The notes below the pieces were generated by a model. That model was not told the origin of the DNA, did no database searches, and worked only from the letters and a program-made list of their open reading frames with translations. The position numbers were made by a program, and so were the translations under genes. A stretch of 64,000 nt of DNA from a virus. Below are positions 1 through 10,279 of the stretch, one piece after another; within the stretch, counting starts at the first letter, position 1, and every line of letters begins with the position of its first letter. The stretch is taken from positions 1 to 64,000 of the IMG/VR virus record IMGVR_UViG_3300014911_000002; one strand, given 5' to 3'.

Positions 1-2310
1 GAGTCTTATTCTCTAGATTCGTTAATCAAGGCTTTAGGCTTAGAAAAAACCTATGCCTTTGATGAGATACAAAGCAGAGAATTGGTAAAGAATTATCTAA
101 TAGATGCATTACAAAAGAAGGTAGCGCTCTCAAACTATAAGATGAATGCAATTCAAAGCATAATTAATGCTAGAAGCTATCTGATCGATGTATTCCAAGG
201 CAAATTCTTCACAAAGACATTCCCAATAAATTCTCTTGCTAAAAGACTAGGAGTCACCACATCACATGCATTCGATATTCTACTAACTCTTGCGGAAGAA
301 TATGGAATTATCAGCGCTAAATTCGATGAAGCTAGATTTGGCTACTCGTATTTCAATAGAATCTTTAGTGGTTATCCCATCAACACTGTAATCAGATTTA
401 TACCTAGAAAGCATTTATCCTTTGATGGTTTGTTAGCTAGTATAGGCGTTCATAGTGTGGATTTTGACACGGTAATTAGTCGCCTAAACGAAATCCTCAC
501 CTATAATATAGCTGGTTTGATTGAGAAATTAAACAAAGAGCTATATAAAATTGATGCTGTATTACAACAGAAAAAGGAACAAAAATATGATATCGATGCA
601 TTATTGAAAAAGAGGAGTGAAATTCAGCAGACAATTGATTCGTTGTTACAAATTCAGAAGAAAAATGATCACCTCATAGATGCTCTTCTACTTAGTGCAA
701 TAAAATCCGAATATGATTACGATGCCTTATTGTCAAAAACTAAGGAGATTGGCCTTGAGTCTGATACAATACTTGCATTTCTTGCAGCGATTGCGTCTAT
801 AAACTTAGATACGATAACTCTAAAACAAAATGAGCTTGCCCAACTTTTTGATTCTATCTTAAGCAGAAAGCTAACAGCTGCAGAATTCATAGATGCAGTT
901 ATCGAGAAGCTTGGGATAGACAGAGAATATATAATGAATGCAATCCTATCAACTATATTAGAACGCTCTCATTTCATAAATGCATTGGCTGAACGTTTGG
1001 AAATCGATAGGTCTATTCTAATAGATGCGATTTTGGGTCAGGCCAAGGCAAGAGACTTGTCTATTAATGCCATCGCGAAAAGACTCGATATAAGTACAGA
1101 CTATCTATTCGACGCCATAGCAGCAGCCTTGGTCAAGTTAGGATATAATATAAATGCGATGTTATCTGCCATCCAAGAAAGACACTTAAGCTTTGACGCG
1201 ACATTTCAAAAGATAGGTAGAAAGATACAATCAGCGCTTGATACAATACTACAGGCTTCAGAGACAGAAGATATGGCCCTCGATGTTGTATTGACCTTTC
1301 TCCGTGAAGGAAAAATACCATTTGATTTGTTCGTGTTAGGAACAATAACTACAGAATTAGCTTTAGAAACTCTAATTGAAAAGACAGATATCCAAACTCA
1401 GCATCTTGTTGATACCATCCTTAGTGCTTATACACTTAAAACTCATAAACTTAATGCTCTATTGAAATCAACTGAGTTACGGGGGATATTAATCGATATC
1501 CTTACCTCGTTGGTTGAATCCAAAAACATCTCCTTCGATTCAATAACTGAACAACTAGGCATAAGTAAAGAAATGATTCTCGACTCTGTATCAAAACGCA
1601 TCGGAATACCTACAGAATACACCGTAAATTTACTTTCCTTTAAGACTACGGACAGAAAACACGTCCTTGATACGATTCTTTCCATGTTTCGTGCGTTAAA
1701 TTACGGAATCGATAGTTTGCTTGAGATTGCAGCAAAGGAAGATTACACCCTTAAAGCAATACTTAATGCTTTTGGGCTCGAAGAGGAATTTATCTTCTCA
1801 ATCGTGTTAACTCGAGTTGGTGGGTTAAGGTTGGTTCTTTTCGATACATTACTTGGCATAACGACAATAAAATATTTTACAACAGATGTATTGTTCAAAA
1901 AAATTATGAGACGAGATGTAGTCTTAGATACTATGATGGAGCTCCTAATCTCCAAGCAGTTAAATACCGATATGATTCTCACAAAGAGTCTTGCAACATC
2001 TCTATTCTTTGATGCACTTCTGGCATTGCCACCTCAGGAAGTGCATCATACAATTGATATTATGTTGCAAGGGGTTGTAAAAAGAGTGCTTAGGACATCA
2101 GTAAATCTTGTTAGTTACCTGTTTATAGATGAAGCTGTAGTTCGCAAATCAAGAATCCTCGGCATATATCCTGATTCGAGTAAACTATATAGCATCACAC
2201 CCGCATACTCCTCGTTATATGACATAGTAGTTAGTAATTCTCCGCTATTCTCAATTAGCACATCAACTTCTCCTGTCATGAATGTGTATACATCTTATAT
2301 CTCTGCATAA
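1..2310 (+). CDS. Long repeat protein, probable virion fibre/tail protein (5' partial)
   Basis: Frame is open from base 1 (ESYSLDSLIKAL...). Dozens of 14-15 aa repeats with an h-[DN]-[AST]-h-h core (IDALL, INAIA, FDSIL). Located upstream of the tape measure gene. Confidence 0.65.
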   Translation, partial: ESYSLDSLIKALGLEKTYAFDEIQSRELVKNYLIDALQKKVALSNYKMNAIQSIINARSYLIDVFQGKFFTKTFPINSLAKRLGVTTSHAFDILLTLAEEYGIISAKFDEARFGYSYFNRIFSGYPINTVIRFIPRKHLSFDGLLASIGVHSVDFDTVISRLNEILTYNIAGLIEKLNKELYKIDAVLQQKKEQKYDIDALLKKRSEIQQTIDSLLQIQKKNDHLIDALLLSAIKSEYDYDALLSKTKEIGLESDTILAFLAAIASINLDTITLKQNELAQLFDSILSRKLTAAEFIDAVIEKLGIDREYIMNAILSTILERSHFINALAERLEIDRSILIDAILGQAKARDLSINAIAKRLDISTDYLFDAIAAALVKLGYNINAMLSAIQERHLSFDATFQKIGRKIQSALDTILQASETEDMALDVVLTFLREGKIPFDLFVLGTITTELALETLIEKTDIQTQHLVDTILSAYTLKTHKLNALLKSTELRGILIDILTSLVESKNISFDSITEQLGISKEMILDSVSKRIGIPTEYTVNLLSFKTTDRKHVLDTILSMFRALNYGIDSLLEIAAKEDYTLKAILNAFGLEEEFIFSIVLTRVGGLRLVLFDTLLGITTIKYFTTDVLFKKIMRRDVVLDTMMELLISKQLNTDMILTKSLATSLFFDALLALPPQEVHHTIDIMLQGVVKRVLRTSVNLVSYLFIDEAVVRKSRILGIYPDSSKLYSITPAYSSLYDIVVSNSPLFSISTSTSPVMNVYTSYISA

Positions 2311-2311
2311 T

Positions 2312-2620
2312 ATGGCAATAACTAAGTATGAAAGAGGGAATACAATCAAGGCTTCTGTAGAATTTAAGTCAAATGGGGTTTATGTTGACCCACTTTATCC
2401 AAAAATTAATGTTTATAAGCCAGATGGGACTCTACTGATAGATGGTGGGGATCCAGTTAAAGATAATACAGGACAATATCATTACTTTATCGAAACATCC
2501 TCAGATGATCCTTTAGGTATCTATATCATCGAATGGGTAGGCTGGCACAATCTGGGGGGCATTTGGGGATCTGGACAGTTAGTCGAGCGTGATGTCTTTG
2601 AGCTTGTTGAGGTCGATTGA
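2312..2620 (+). CDS. Small beta-rich (Ig/BppU_N-like) virion protein
   Basis: MAITKYERGNTI...VDP...INVYKPDGT...TGQYHY...GIYIIEW pattern; ATG lies 1 nt after the upstream stop. Confidence 0.55.
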   Translation: MAITKYERGNTIKASVEFKSNGVYVDPLYPKINVYKPDGTLLIDGGDPVKDNTGQYHYFIETSSDDPLGIYIIEWVGWHNLGGIWGSGQLVERDVFELVEVD

Positions 2621-2633
2621 AGTTTCAACTATG

Positions 2634-2768
2634 CTCAAATTATCGCGTCTAAGGCCCCTAGAATCAATTCTGAGACGACTTTCGAGCTTACGAATGGTAA
2701 GATACTTGGATGATAAAAACTCGTCTCTATGGCCATTTCTGAGCGTTTTAGAGGCAATCCAGAATTTG
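2634..2768. repeat. Dispersed ~130-bp palindromic element, copy 1
   Basis: GAGACGACTTT...AAAACTCGTCTC arms around core CGAATGGTAAGATACTTG (2691-2708); intergenic. Confidence 0.85.
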
Positions 2769-2790
2769 GATGTTGTAAATAGGATGGATT

Positions 2791-5700
2791 ATGCCTAGTC
2801 TTGGGGAAATTTCTGTAAGAATTGTCCTCGACTTCCGAGGAATTACTGCACAGCTTAAACAATTTCGTAAATTACTCCAGACTGGGTTACAGCAAATCTC
2901 TAAAGAAATCTCCACTGGTTTTAAACCTCTTGGAGTAGCTCCTAAAGAATTTCAAAAAGCCTTTCAGAATATTGCTAAGACGGCTGCGAAACAAAGTCAG
3001 AAGACAGCTGCTATTGTTGGGAAAGGCGGAAGGAGAATAGGCAAGGCATTTGAAGAGGCTGCTCAGCCTATTTATCTTGGCTTCCCACGTGCAATGGATA
3101 CTATGCATCGACAGGTTTCTCGCTCTCTCTTTTCGGTTTTAAGGGATATGCTATCGTTCAGAAACATGATTACGAAAATAGTTCACTATATTACATTCAC
3201 CATCGGTGTGCAGATGGTCATGGGAATAGTTCGTGGTATAGGTCAGGTTACTGAGTCAACAAAGGAATTTCAACGTGCCATAGTAAACGCAGCTACTATC
3301 TCAGGATATCTTGGCGGTGCATTCGAAAAGGTTACTGCACACCTAGAAAAACTTGCTTTAGAACTTTCTAAGGAAACTGTCTTTTCGGCAGTAGATGTGG
3401 CCAAAGCATTTTATCAAATTGCATCAGCTGGTTACGACGTTTCGAAATTAACCAAACGCGAGCTCATACCAATATTGAATTATGCTGCGGCTACTCAAAG
3501 CACGCTTGAAGATGCCACTTATGCAGTATTAACCGCACTAAAAGCATTCAGACTAGATATCTCTGAAACTTCACACGTAGTTGACGTCTTCACTGCAGCT
3601 ATAACTAAATCATTCCAGAATTTCGATAGGCTTAGAGAAGGGATGAAATACGTAGGCGCAACTGCTGGCTCTCTAAATCTTTCAATAGAGGAAACAGTCG
3701 CAGCGTTATCAGCCTTGGTTGATCGTGGATTGGAAGGCTCGCAGGCAGGACAAAGACTCAATATGATACTCACAAGATTATTGAAGCCAACGGACCAGGC
3801 TGCAGAGACCCTGGAGCAGCTAGGTTTGACAGCGGATGATGTGAATCCCAAATACTATGATTTGGTTGAAATCTTATATAAATTGAAGGCTGCTGGTTTT
3901 GGTGCAGCAGAAGCATCCGCAATGTTCAGAGCTAGAACCGCAGCATCTGCTGTAGTGTTAGTACAGTCTGCTGATGACATCGCTCGTTTTACCGCGATGC
4001 TAGAACGTTCACAAGGCATAACCGAAACCGTTGCGGAATATCAAGAACGAACTCTATGGGGTGCACTAACTAAGGTTTCAAATGCTCTTCAAGCAGCATC
4101 GATTACTCTCGGCAAATCCTTGATTCCTGTCTTCGAATGGGCTGCTGGTGTAATCAAAGCTAAAGTTGTTCCTATGATTGAATCGGTGGCAAATGCATTC
4201 AAGTACTGGAAAGGCACAATATTCCCTGCCATCAAACTTCTTATTTCAATGCTTATCGGCTATAAAGCTGCGATGTTTGCGGTTTCAATCATGAGCAAAT
4301 ATGTCACAGGATTACAAATACTACAAGCAACAGCAATGACGAAAAATGCTCAAATAACGCTTCAAGCTGCTTTAGCACAACGTCTGTATGCTGAAGCTCA
4401 ACGCGAATTGGCAATAATGACTGGTCAAGCTACAGCTGCACAACTTGCCTTAAATGCAGCAATGTTGGCCAATCCCATCACTCTTCTCCTCATAGCTATT
4501 GGCTCTCTCGTATCTTATATGGTATTATTCGGGAGTGAAACGAAAAAGGCAAAGGACCCGCTTGAGGATCTTAACACATCTATGCTTGATGCAATTAGGT
4601 TTACCGAAGATTGGCAAAATACCATTAAAGATTTTGCTAAGGCTAATTATTCTGACGTATTTAAGAAAGAGGAGGATGCTATATCAGGATTCCTCCAAAG
4701 AATAGGTTTAAAGCATAAAGGAACAGCAGAGTTGGCCAGAAGGCTCTGGCGTGATATGGCAAAAGATCCCGAAGCCTATGCGGATGTGATAGAAGAGATT
4801 GCAAAAAGAACTGGATATTCCGTTGAAGAGATAAGGCAAGCATTAGCGGGTAAGACGACATTGCCAACATCAGTTTGGGGAAAGGGCGCAATTGAACAGG
4901 CAAGGCAGTTTTCCAAAGAGGTGAAAATAGCTCAAGATAGCATAGGAGCATTAGAAGATATGTTTACGACTACCCTTAGAGGCGTTTCAACTTCTTTTGC
5001 CCAAATTTCAGGAGAACTTTTAGCATTTCAGAATTCTATCCAGGAAATAACAGATGCTACAGAAGAATTTAGAGAAGCTGAAAACGAGTTAAACAGGACT
5101 TTGGCAGAATCCCCAGATAATCTGCGTGCCATAAAAGACGCAACCGAACGGTATGTAAACGCTCAATCCAAATTAGATCTAGTCTCAAAGAGGTTTTTAT
5201 CATCGCTCAAGGATTTGGTTCAGTCAATTCGTGAACTTCCAGGTCCTTACGATGAGGTCGTAGGTATTATGGAAGATATGGCAGATGCTATGCATAGCGC
5301 ATTTATTGCCGAGAAAGACCTTGCAGCAGCCGCAAGAGAAGAAGAAGAAGCGTTATCAAATCTTGCCAATACTCTTGCTTTATACGGTGCACAATCTTCA
5401 GAAGCAAGAAATGCCGAATATAAGTTGTTTGCAGCTATGAAGCAAAGAATGCAACTCGAAGACGAATTGGCATCTGCAACAAAAGACTATGAGGCTGCAC
5501 AACGAAAGCTTAATTTCATTATGGAACACGGTATAGAAGTTCAAACAGAATCTGGAACAACGACCATAAAACTAACATCAGTTCAGAAAGATCTTTTGGA
5601 TATGACAGAAAAACTAATACGATTAAGGGAACAATATATTCGTGCAGAGGCCGAATATATTGAACTTCAGGCTAAACAAAACGCATACCAATATCTTCTT

Positions 5701-8112
5701 GAGAAAGGAAGTAGGATATTAGCTGAGAAGAGTAAGATTTTGTTCGAGGCAAGGAAAAAACTTTATGATATAGAATATAAGCTTTACAAATTAAGAGTCG
5801 ATGAGGATGAACAACTAGGAGACCTCTTTAAGAAACTGGCAAAAGAGGGTTTCATAAATCAAAGCGTGGTCGATACTTACAAGGACATGATGTTGGCTAA
5901 AGGCGAACTCCTTAAACTTCATCCAAAGCTTGCAGCTATTTATGGGCGATTGAATGAAGAACAGAAAGAGCTCGTTGAGAATTATATTAAAACAGGTAAG
6001 GGTTTAGAGAGGCTTACATTCCTCACTGATGATGAGATAAATACAGTTGTAGCATTCAGAAATGCACAGCTTAGATTTTCTTCTGCAACTGAAGATCTTC
6101 GAAATGTTCTCACTCCTTTGATTGGTGATCTCATAGACATAGGTGCTGTATCCTCCGATGTTGCAAAATCCTATTTCGATCTTATAGACAATACGGGTGA
6201 GATAATCACATATAATCTTGAGTTACTTAAAATCAATGATGATCTCTCCCAGAGCATTGGTGATATAATTGGTGTGGTTGCCAGATTAGCTAGAGCATTA
6301 CAGGATGAGGCTGATGAAACCGATAGTGTCGCAGATGTCTATGATGAATTAGTTAAACAGCTTGGTCTTTCCAAGGAATTCGGTGACGATTATGGTGGCA
6401 TCTTAAAGACCCTCAACAAACTATACGGTACATCATATCGCTCGATTTCAGACTTCTCTGATGCTCAGTTATTAGTTGCTGCCGCATTAGTTAAAGTGGC
6501 CAAGAATGCCGGAATATACGAACGTGGTATGACCGCTGCAGAGATTGCAACTAGATTGCATATCTCTTCCCTTAACGAACTCACAGATGCAGCGCAATAT
6601 GCGTATGACAGTGAAGATTCTATGTATTCCATCACCACTAAACTCCAAGAAGCAGCAAATACTCTTAGCGGGACCTTCTCTGAGATGAATAAAACACTCA
6701 ATGAATTGGTTAACACCTATTATCGGTCTAATAAAGATCTTTTGCAATTTGCTCTTACTTGGGATTTTGCAGACACGCTTATGAATCGATTTGGCGGAAA
6801 TTTCGAAGAATTGGTTGCCACCATGCGAGCACAGGATCTTTCATTCACCATAGATATGATGACAAAATGGGATGGTAAGGATTGGGACGCATTTATTACT
6901 TCATTAAGCGGTGATAGAAGAGATGCGTTTTTCAAAGCCGTTGCTATGATGTCTGGTACATCAGTAGATATAGTCTCTAAATGGGATGGCGATGACTGGA
7001 AGGACTTTATTTCAGGTCTATCCTCAGATAAGATGAAGGCCATTTCATCTATCTTAACCTCAGAAGACTTGAATTTCAATATCGAAGCATTGCTGCAGGG
7101 AGTGCCACTTGCAGAACGAGTTAGGACGCTTCCGGATGATTTGAAAAACGAATTAAAACAAAGATTATCAACTTTGACCGATATCCCAGCTATCAATATT
7201 GATGCTCTGCTTCAAGGCGAAGCTGATTGGGCTAAGGGCATAAAGCCAGAACAGGTTCAAAAAGTCCAGCGGTTTTTAGACTCTCTTCCTGTAGATGAGA
7301 GAAGCCTTAATATTAAACCTACTATAGATACCACTAAAAGCACCGAAAAATCTTTGTGGGACGCAATATGCGATCTATTTTCTGGTATAGGAGCAACCTT
7401 CAAAAGGGGCATAGGTTGGGTAATAGATGTTATTGTGAACACAGTTACAGGCGGAGGCGGCGGTAGAGGCGGAGGTGGTGGAAGAGGTGGACGAGGAGGT
7501 GGAGGAGGGGAAAAACCACCACCTCCACCGCCGCCAAAACCAGAGGATAAAGGGAAGGTCGCTGGCATCTGGATAGAATGGAAAGATACTGATAAGCGAA
7601 CTGCAACTGGTCAAAAAATTTATGAAGCGACTTTTATAGCAAAATCCACAACTGGTTTATCCCATATCATAGGCAAGGCTGTCGGCACTACCGACGAGGT
7701 ACATAAAATTCACCAGGAACTTATAGGAAAATATGTCAACAAACCGTGGCCATGGGCATTCGGTGGTATCGCCGGACTTGCAATGAAAGCAGCCTCATTT
7801 AAACGTAGTGCGATAGTCAAAGGACCAGTGAATGCTTTAATTGGTGAAGCTGGACCAGAAGCTGTTATACCACTTGCAGGAAGATATAGAAGATATGGTG
7901 AGAAACTTCTTAGAGCAATCATCCCACGATATTTCCCAGACTTGCGAATGCAATATGGAAGCGTAGTTGAACGGCCTTTACCCGAGCGCATCACCACGAA
8001 TAGAGAAGAATTTATCATCAGAGGACCAATAATTATTGAGCACGTTGCAAGTCTAGAAGATTTTGTAAGTCAGCTAAAGTTTAGAGCCAGAGCTGCCGCT
8101 CCCACATCATGA
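2791..8112 (+). CDS. Tail tape measure protein (TP901-like core)
   Basis: 1773 aa, Ala/Leu-rich and helical; FSAVDVAKAFYQIASAG, GMKYVGATA, EETVAALSALVDRGLEGSQAGQRL, ANPITLL and C-terminal GEAGPEAVIPL motifs. Confidence 0.95.
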   Translation: MPSLGEISVRIVLDFRGITAQLKQFRKLLQTGLQQISKEISTGFKPLGVAPKEFQKAFQNIAKTAAKQSQKTAAIVGKGGRRIGKAFEEAAQPIYLGFPRAMDTMHRQVSRSLFSVLRDMLSFRNMITKIVHYITFTIGVQMVMGIVRGIGQVTESTKEFQRAIVNAATISGYLGGAFEKVTAHLEKLALELSKETVFSAVDVAKAFYQIASAGYDVSKLTKRELIPILNYAAATQSTLEDATYAVLTALKAFRLDISETSHVVDVFTAAITKSFQNFDRLREGMKYVGATAGSLNLSIEETVAALSALVDRGLEGSQAGQRLNMILTRLLKPTDQAAETLEQLGLTADDVNPKYYDLVEILYKLKAAGFGAAEASAMFRARTAASAVVLVQSADDIARFTAMLERSQGITETVAEYQERTLWGALTKVSNALQAASITLGKSLIPVFEWAAGVIKAKVVPMIESVANAFKYWKGTIFPAIKLLISMLIGYKAAMFAVSIMSKYVTGLQILQATAMTKNAQITLQAALAQRLYAEAQRELAIMTGQATAAQLALNAAMLANPITLLLIAIGSLVSYMVLFGSETKKAKDPLEDLNTSMLDAIRFTEDWQNTIKDFAKANYSDVFKKEEDAISGFLQRIGLKHKGTAELARRLWRDMAKDPEAYADVIEEIAKRTGYSVEEIRQALAGKTTLPTSVWGKGAIEQARQFSKEVKIAQDSIGALEDMFTTTLRGVSTSFAQISGELLAFQNSIQEITDATEEFREAENELNRTLAESPDNLRAIKDATERYVNAQSKLDLVSKRFLSSLKDLVQSIRELPGPYDEVVGIMEDMADAMHSAFIAEKDLAAAAREEEEALSNLANTLALYGAQSSEARNAEYKLFAAMKQRMQLEDELASATKDYEAAQRKLNFIMEHGIEVQTESGTTTIKLTSVQKDLLDMTEKLIRLREQYIRAEAEYIELQAKQNAYQYLLEKGSRILAEKSKILFEARKKLYDIEYKLYKLRVDEDEQLGDLFKKLAKEGFINQSVVDTYKDMMLAKGELLKLHPKLAAIYGRLNEEQKELVENYIKTGKGLERLTFLTDDEINTVVAFRNAQLRFSSATEDLRNVLTPLIGDLIDIGAVSSDVAKSYFDLIDNTGEIITYNLELLKINDDLSQSIGDIIGVVARLARALQDEADETDSVADVYDELVKQLGLSKEFGDDYGGILKTLNKLYGTSYRSISDFSDAQLLVAAALVKVAKNAGIYERGMTAAEIATRLHISSLNELTDAAQYAYDSEDSMYSITTKLQEAANTLSGTFSEMNKTLNELVNTYYRSNKDLLQFALTWDFADTLMNRFGGNFEELVATMRAQDLSFTIDMMTKWDGKDWDAFITSLSGDRRDAFFKAVAMMSGTSVDIVSKWDGDDWKDFISGLSSDKMKAISSILTSEDLNFNIEALLQGVPLAERVRTLPDDLKNELKQRLSTLTDIPAINIDALLQGEADWAKGIKPEQVQKVQRFLDSLPVDERSLNIKPTIDTTKSTEKSLWDAICDLFSGIGATFKRGIGWVIDVIVNTVTGGGGGRGGGGGRGGRGGGGGEKPPPPPPPKPEDKGKVAGIWIEWKDTDKRTATGQKIYEATFIAKSTTGLSHIIGKAVGTTDEVHKIHQELIGKYVNKPWPWAFGGIAGLAMKAASFKRSAIVKGPVNALIGEAGPEAVIPLAGRYRRYGEKLLRAIIPRYFPDLRMQYGSVVERPLPERITTNREEFIIRGPIIIEHVASLEDFVSQLKFRARAAAPTS

Positions 8113-9566
8113 CGTCATTTTCAATTGTTTTCAATCCAGGTGAAGAAAACGAACTTACCATTTCCTCTGGAGATAATCTAGAATCTCTCACTATAAACCA
8201 TTCCAACGAGAGCTACTATAAAGATGCAGAAGTCGCGCTTTATAACATACCAGATTTTGAGGAGAAGGTATCTATAAATTCGCGAGTCAATATTTATATA
8301 GATGGGCATCTAGAATTCTCTGGATATGTTTCAAGAATACAGACAAGAATTAGCGGAGTAAAGATCTTCTATCTTCAATGTATTGGACGTACATACGATC
8401 TCTGGCGATTCATGATATCTGGCGACACTTATTTCGAAAAAAAATATTCAGCTTATATAGTTTCATCTCTTGTCGCCCAATATTGTTCCGGGCATGGAAT
8501 CTATATAACACCACCGGATGTCAGGGAAACGGATGGAAGCTATATTGAATACATTGATGTTTCCTTGATGGCCGTTGGGGATGCGATAGCACGCATAGCA
8601 AAATTCGATGGTCATCATTTCTTTGTTGATGAATATGGAAAACTTAGATATTATACCGTATCATCCTCTGTTCAATTTACCGTAACAACATCAGACATTC
8701 TTGAAATGGAACCCCTAGAGCATTCAGATGATTATATTAGAAATGACGTCTTAGTGGTTGGTTCTCAACAATACGAACAAATTATTCCTGATCAACTCCC
8801 ACCCTTTACATCTGGGAATTGGATTTGGATATCATCAGCAACAACATTCGTTGCACAGCAATTTGGAGTGCCCGCACTAGAAACCAATAGATTAACCTCA
8901 TTAAAACTCCGTGCTACGAGAAGCAAAGGCAAGAATACTCCACTGTATCTTGCGGGAGATATCCGAAATGATAATTCCGGAGAACCTGGATCCATAGTTG
9001 CATCCTCCAATACTATAACCTGGCATGGTGTCGATATTCAGGCTGACCCTTCTGGTACTTGGCTTCCATTCTATACATTTTCCAATCATCTATATCTTTC
9101 AGGAGGCGCAGCATATTGGGCAGTATTCCACTTCCCCGGTGCTAGCTCAAACATTTGGTGGAAACTTTCATATTCTCCTCTTCCGGACTATACAGATGTG
9201 CTTTCATCAGAACCAACATTATATGGAACTTGGGATTATGGAAGTATCGATTACGGTGATGTGGTCTATGATTCTGGGAATAATGAAGTAGATTTTGTTG
9301 CTAAACCAAGAGGATATGCATCAGCCAATACGTTCTTACAAGACATCACACCACGAACTCGTTATTTCTACCTTCCATCATCCTTATTTACTGATGAAAT
9401 TAATTTCCTTGCCAAAGTACGGATAGACAAATATGAAAGCGGGAATAAAGGCCTTGGGAATTACAGGCGCACCGATGATGGTAGATATAGACCAAGATTT
9501 ATGATCGGTTTATGTGATATGTCCCATCCAGCAAAACCAATGTTTGGATTTGAATTCGATCTATAG
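8109..9566 (+). CDS. Baseplate hub/tail protein, N-terminal half
   Basis: Directly after the TMP (ATGA overlap). FSGYVSRI, IARIAKFDGHHFFVDEYGKLRY and IRNDVLVVG hub motifs, followed by an incomplete beta-sandwich insert. Confidence 0.8.
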   Translation: MTSFSIVFNPGEENELTISSGDNLESLTINHSNESYYKDAEVALYNIPDFEEKVSINSRVNIYIDGHLEFSGYVSRIQTRISGVKIFYLQCIGRTYDLWRFMISGDTYFEKKYSAYIVSSLVAQYCSGHGIYITPPDVRETDGSYIEYIDVSLMAVGDAIARIAKFDGHHFFVDEYGKLRYYTVSSSVQFTVTTSDILEMEPLEHSDDYIRNDVLVVGSQQYEQIIPDQLPPFTSGNWIWISSATTFVAQQFGVPALETNRLTSLKLRATRSKGKNTPLYLAGDIRNDNSGEPGSIVASSNTITWHGVDIQADPSGTWLPFYTFSNHLYLSGGAAYWAVFHFPGASSNIWWKLSYSPLPDYTDVLSSEPTLYGTWDYGSIDYGDVVYDSGNNEVDFVAKPRGYASANTFLQDITPRTRYFYLPSSLFTDEINFLAKVRIDKYESGNKGLGNYRRTDDGRYRPRFMIGLCDMSHPAKPMFGFEFDL

Positions 9567-9574
9567 GTGAAATT

Positions 9575-9781
9575 ATGGCGAGAGGGATTGAGCATAGAGA
9601 TGTTGGAGATCAGCTTTCAAAGACTGAATGGCTTGAAGGTGCTCACTACTTTATGAGCGGTACATCTTTTCCCGCTTCTCCAGCTGAAGGTGATGTATTT
9701 TATAAAACGGATGAGCATGTGTTGTATATTTATGATGGAACTTCCTGGAAGCCACTTGGTCCCACTGCTGTATATGGCTAA
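9575..9781 (+). CDS. Small tail-fibre-motif protein
   Basis: GGTGA RBS; SGTSFPASPAEGDVFYKTDEHVLYIYDGTSW matches the common phage fibre motif P-x-x-P-x-x-GD-x-[WF]...Y-x-Y-x-G-x-x-W. Confidence 0.7.
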   Translation: MARGIEHRDVGDQLSKTEWLEGAHYFMSGTSFPASPAEGDVFYKTDEHVLYIYDGTSWKPLGPTAVYG

Positions 9782-9791
9782 TTGAGAGAAT

Positions 9792-10271
9792 ATGGGATAT
9801 TCTTGGACTCCTATAAATAAAGGGGATCTTATAAAAGCTGCACACTTCAACGAAATCAAAGATAATCTCGAAGACCTCTATGATGAATTGCAATTGGATT
9901 CTCCATCCTGGACGTACTTTCCAGTTAGTGTTGGTCAGATTATCAAGAAAGACCATATTCAGGAATTAAGAGATAAGACCGATTATGCCGATGATATGAA
10001 TTACTGTCGTGCTCACGATGGCACTTACAACAATAGTATCGATTCTGGCTATAAATACAGCGTTGATTCCGGCGACAACTACAGTTATAAGGGAAGCTAT
10101 AATAGCGGTGTTGATAGCTCCTACAACTCAGCTGTTCATACAAATAATAATGACACAGTCGATTTAGATGAGTATTCTACGGTATATAACGGAAATGAAG
10201 CCTACGTATTGCTTGTAAACAAAAATCCCTACGATTCCGATACGTGGTCACCCTATTATAATGGCAATTAG
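9792..10271 (+). CDS. Repeat protein A, putative radical SAM substrate
   Basis: Two WTxxxxGxxIKxxHxxEL/IxD motifs, then a Cys and a 4/8-periodic Y/S/D/N/G-rich tract. Confidence 0.75.
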   Translation: MGYSWTPINKGDLIKAAHFNEIKDNLEDLYDELQLDSPSWTYFPVSVGQIIKKDHIQELRDKTDYADDMNYCRAHDGTYNNSIDSGYKYSVDSGDNYSYKGSYNSGVDSSYNSAVHTNNNDTVDLDEYSTVYNGNEAYVLLVNKNPYDSDTWSPYYNGN

Positions 10272-10279
10272 GTGATAGT

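Noticed and set aside
7450-7535. G-rich/C-rich hairpin or G-quadruplex in the tape measure gene
   Set aside because: Explained by adjacent Gly (GGN) and Pro (CCN) codon runs
9564-9656. Amber readthrough extending the hub N-terminal half
   Set aside because: The in-frame continuation stops after about 29 codons and overlaps a better ORF with its own RBS
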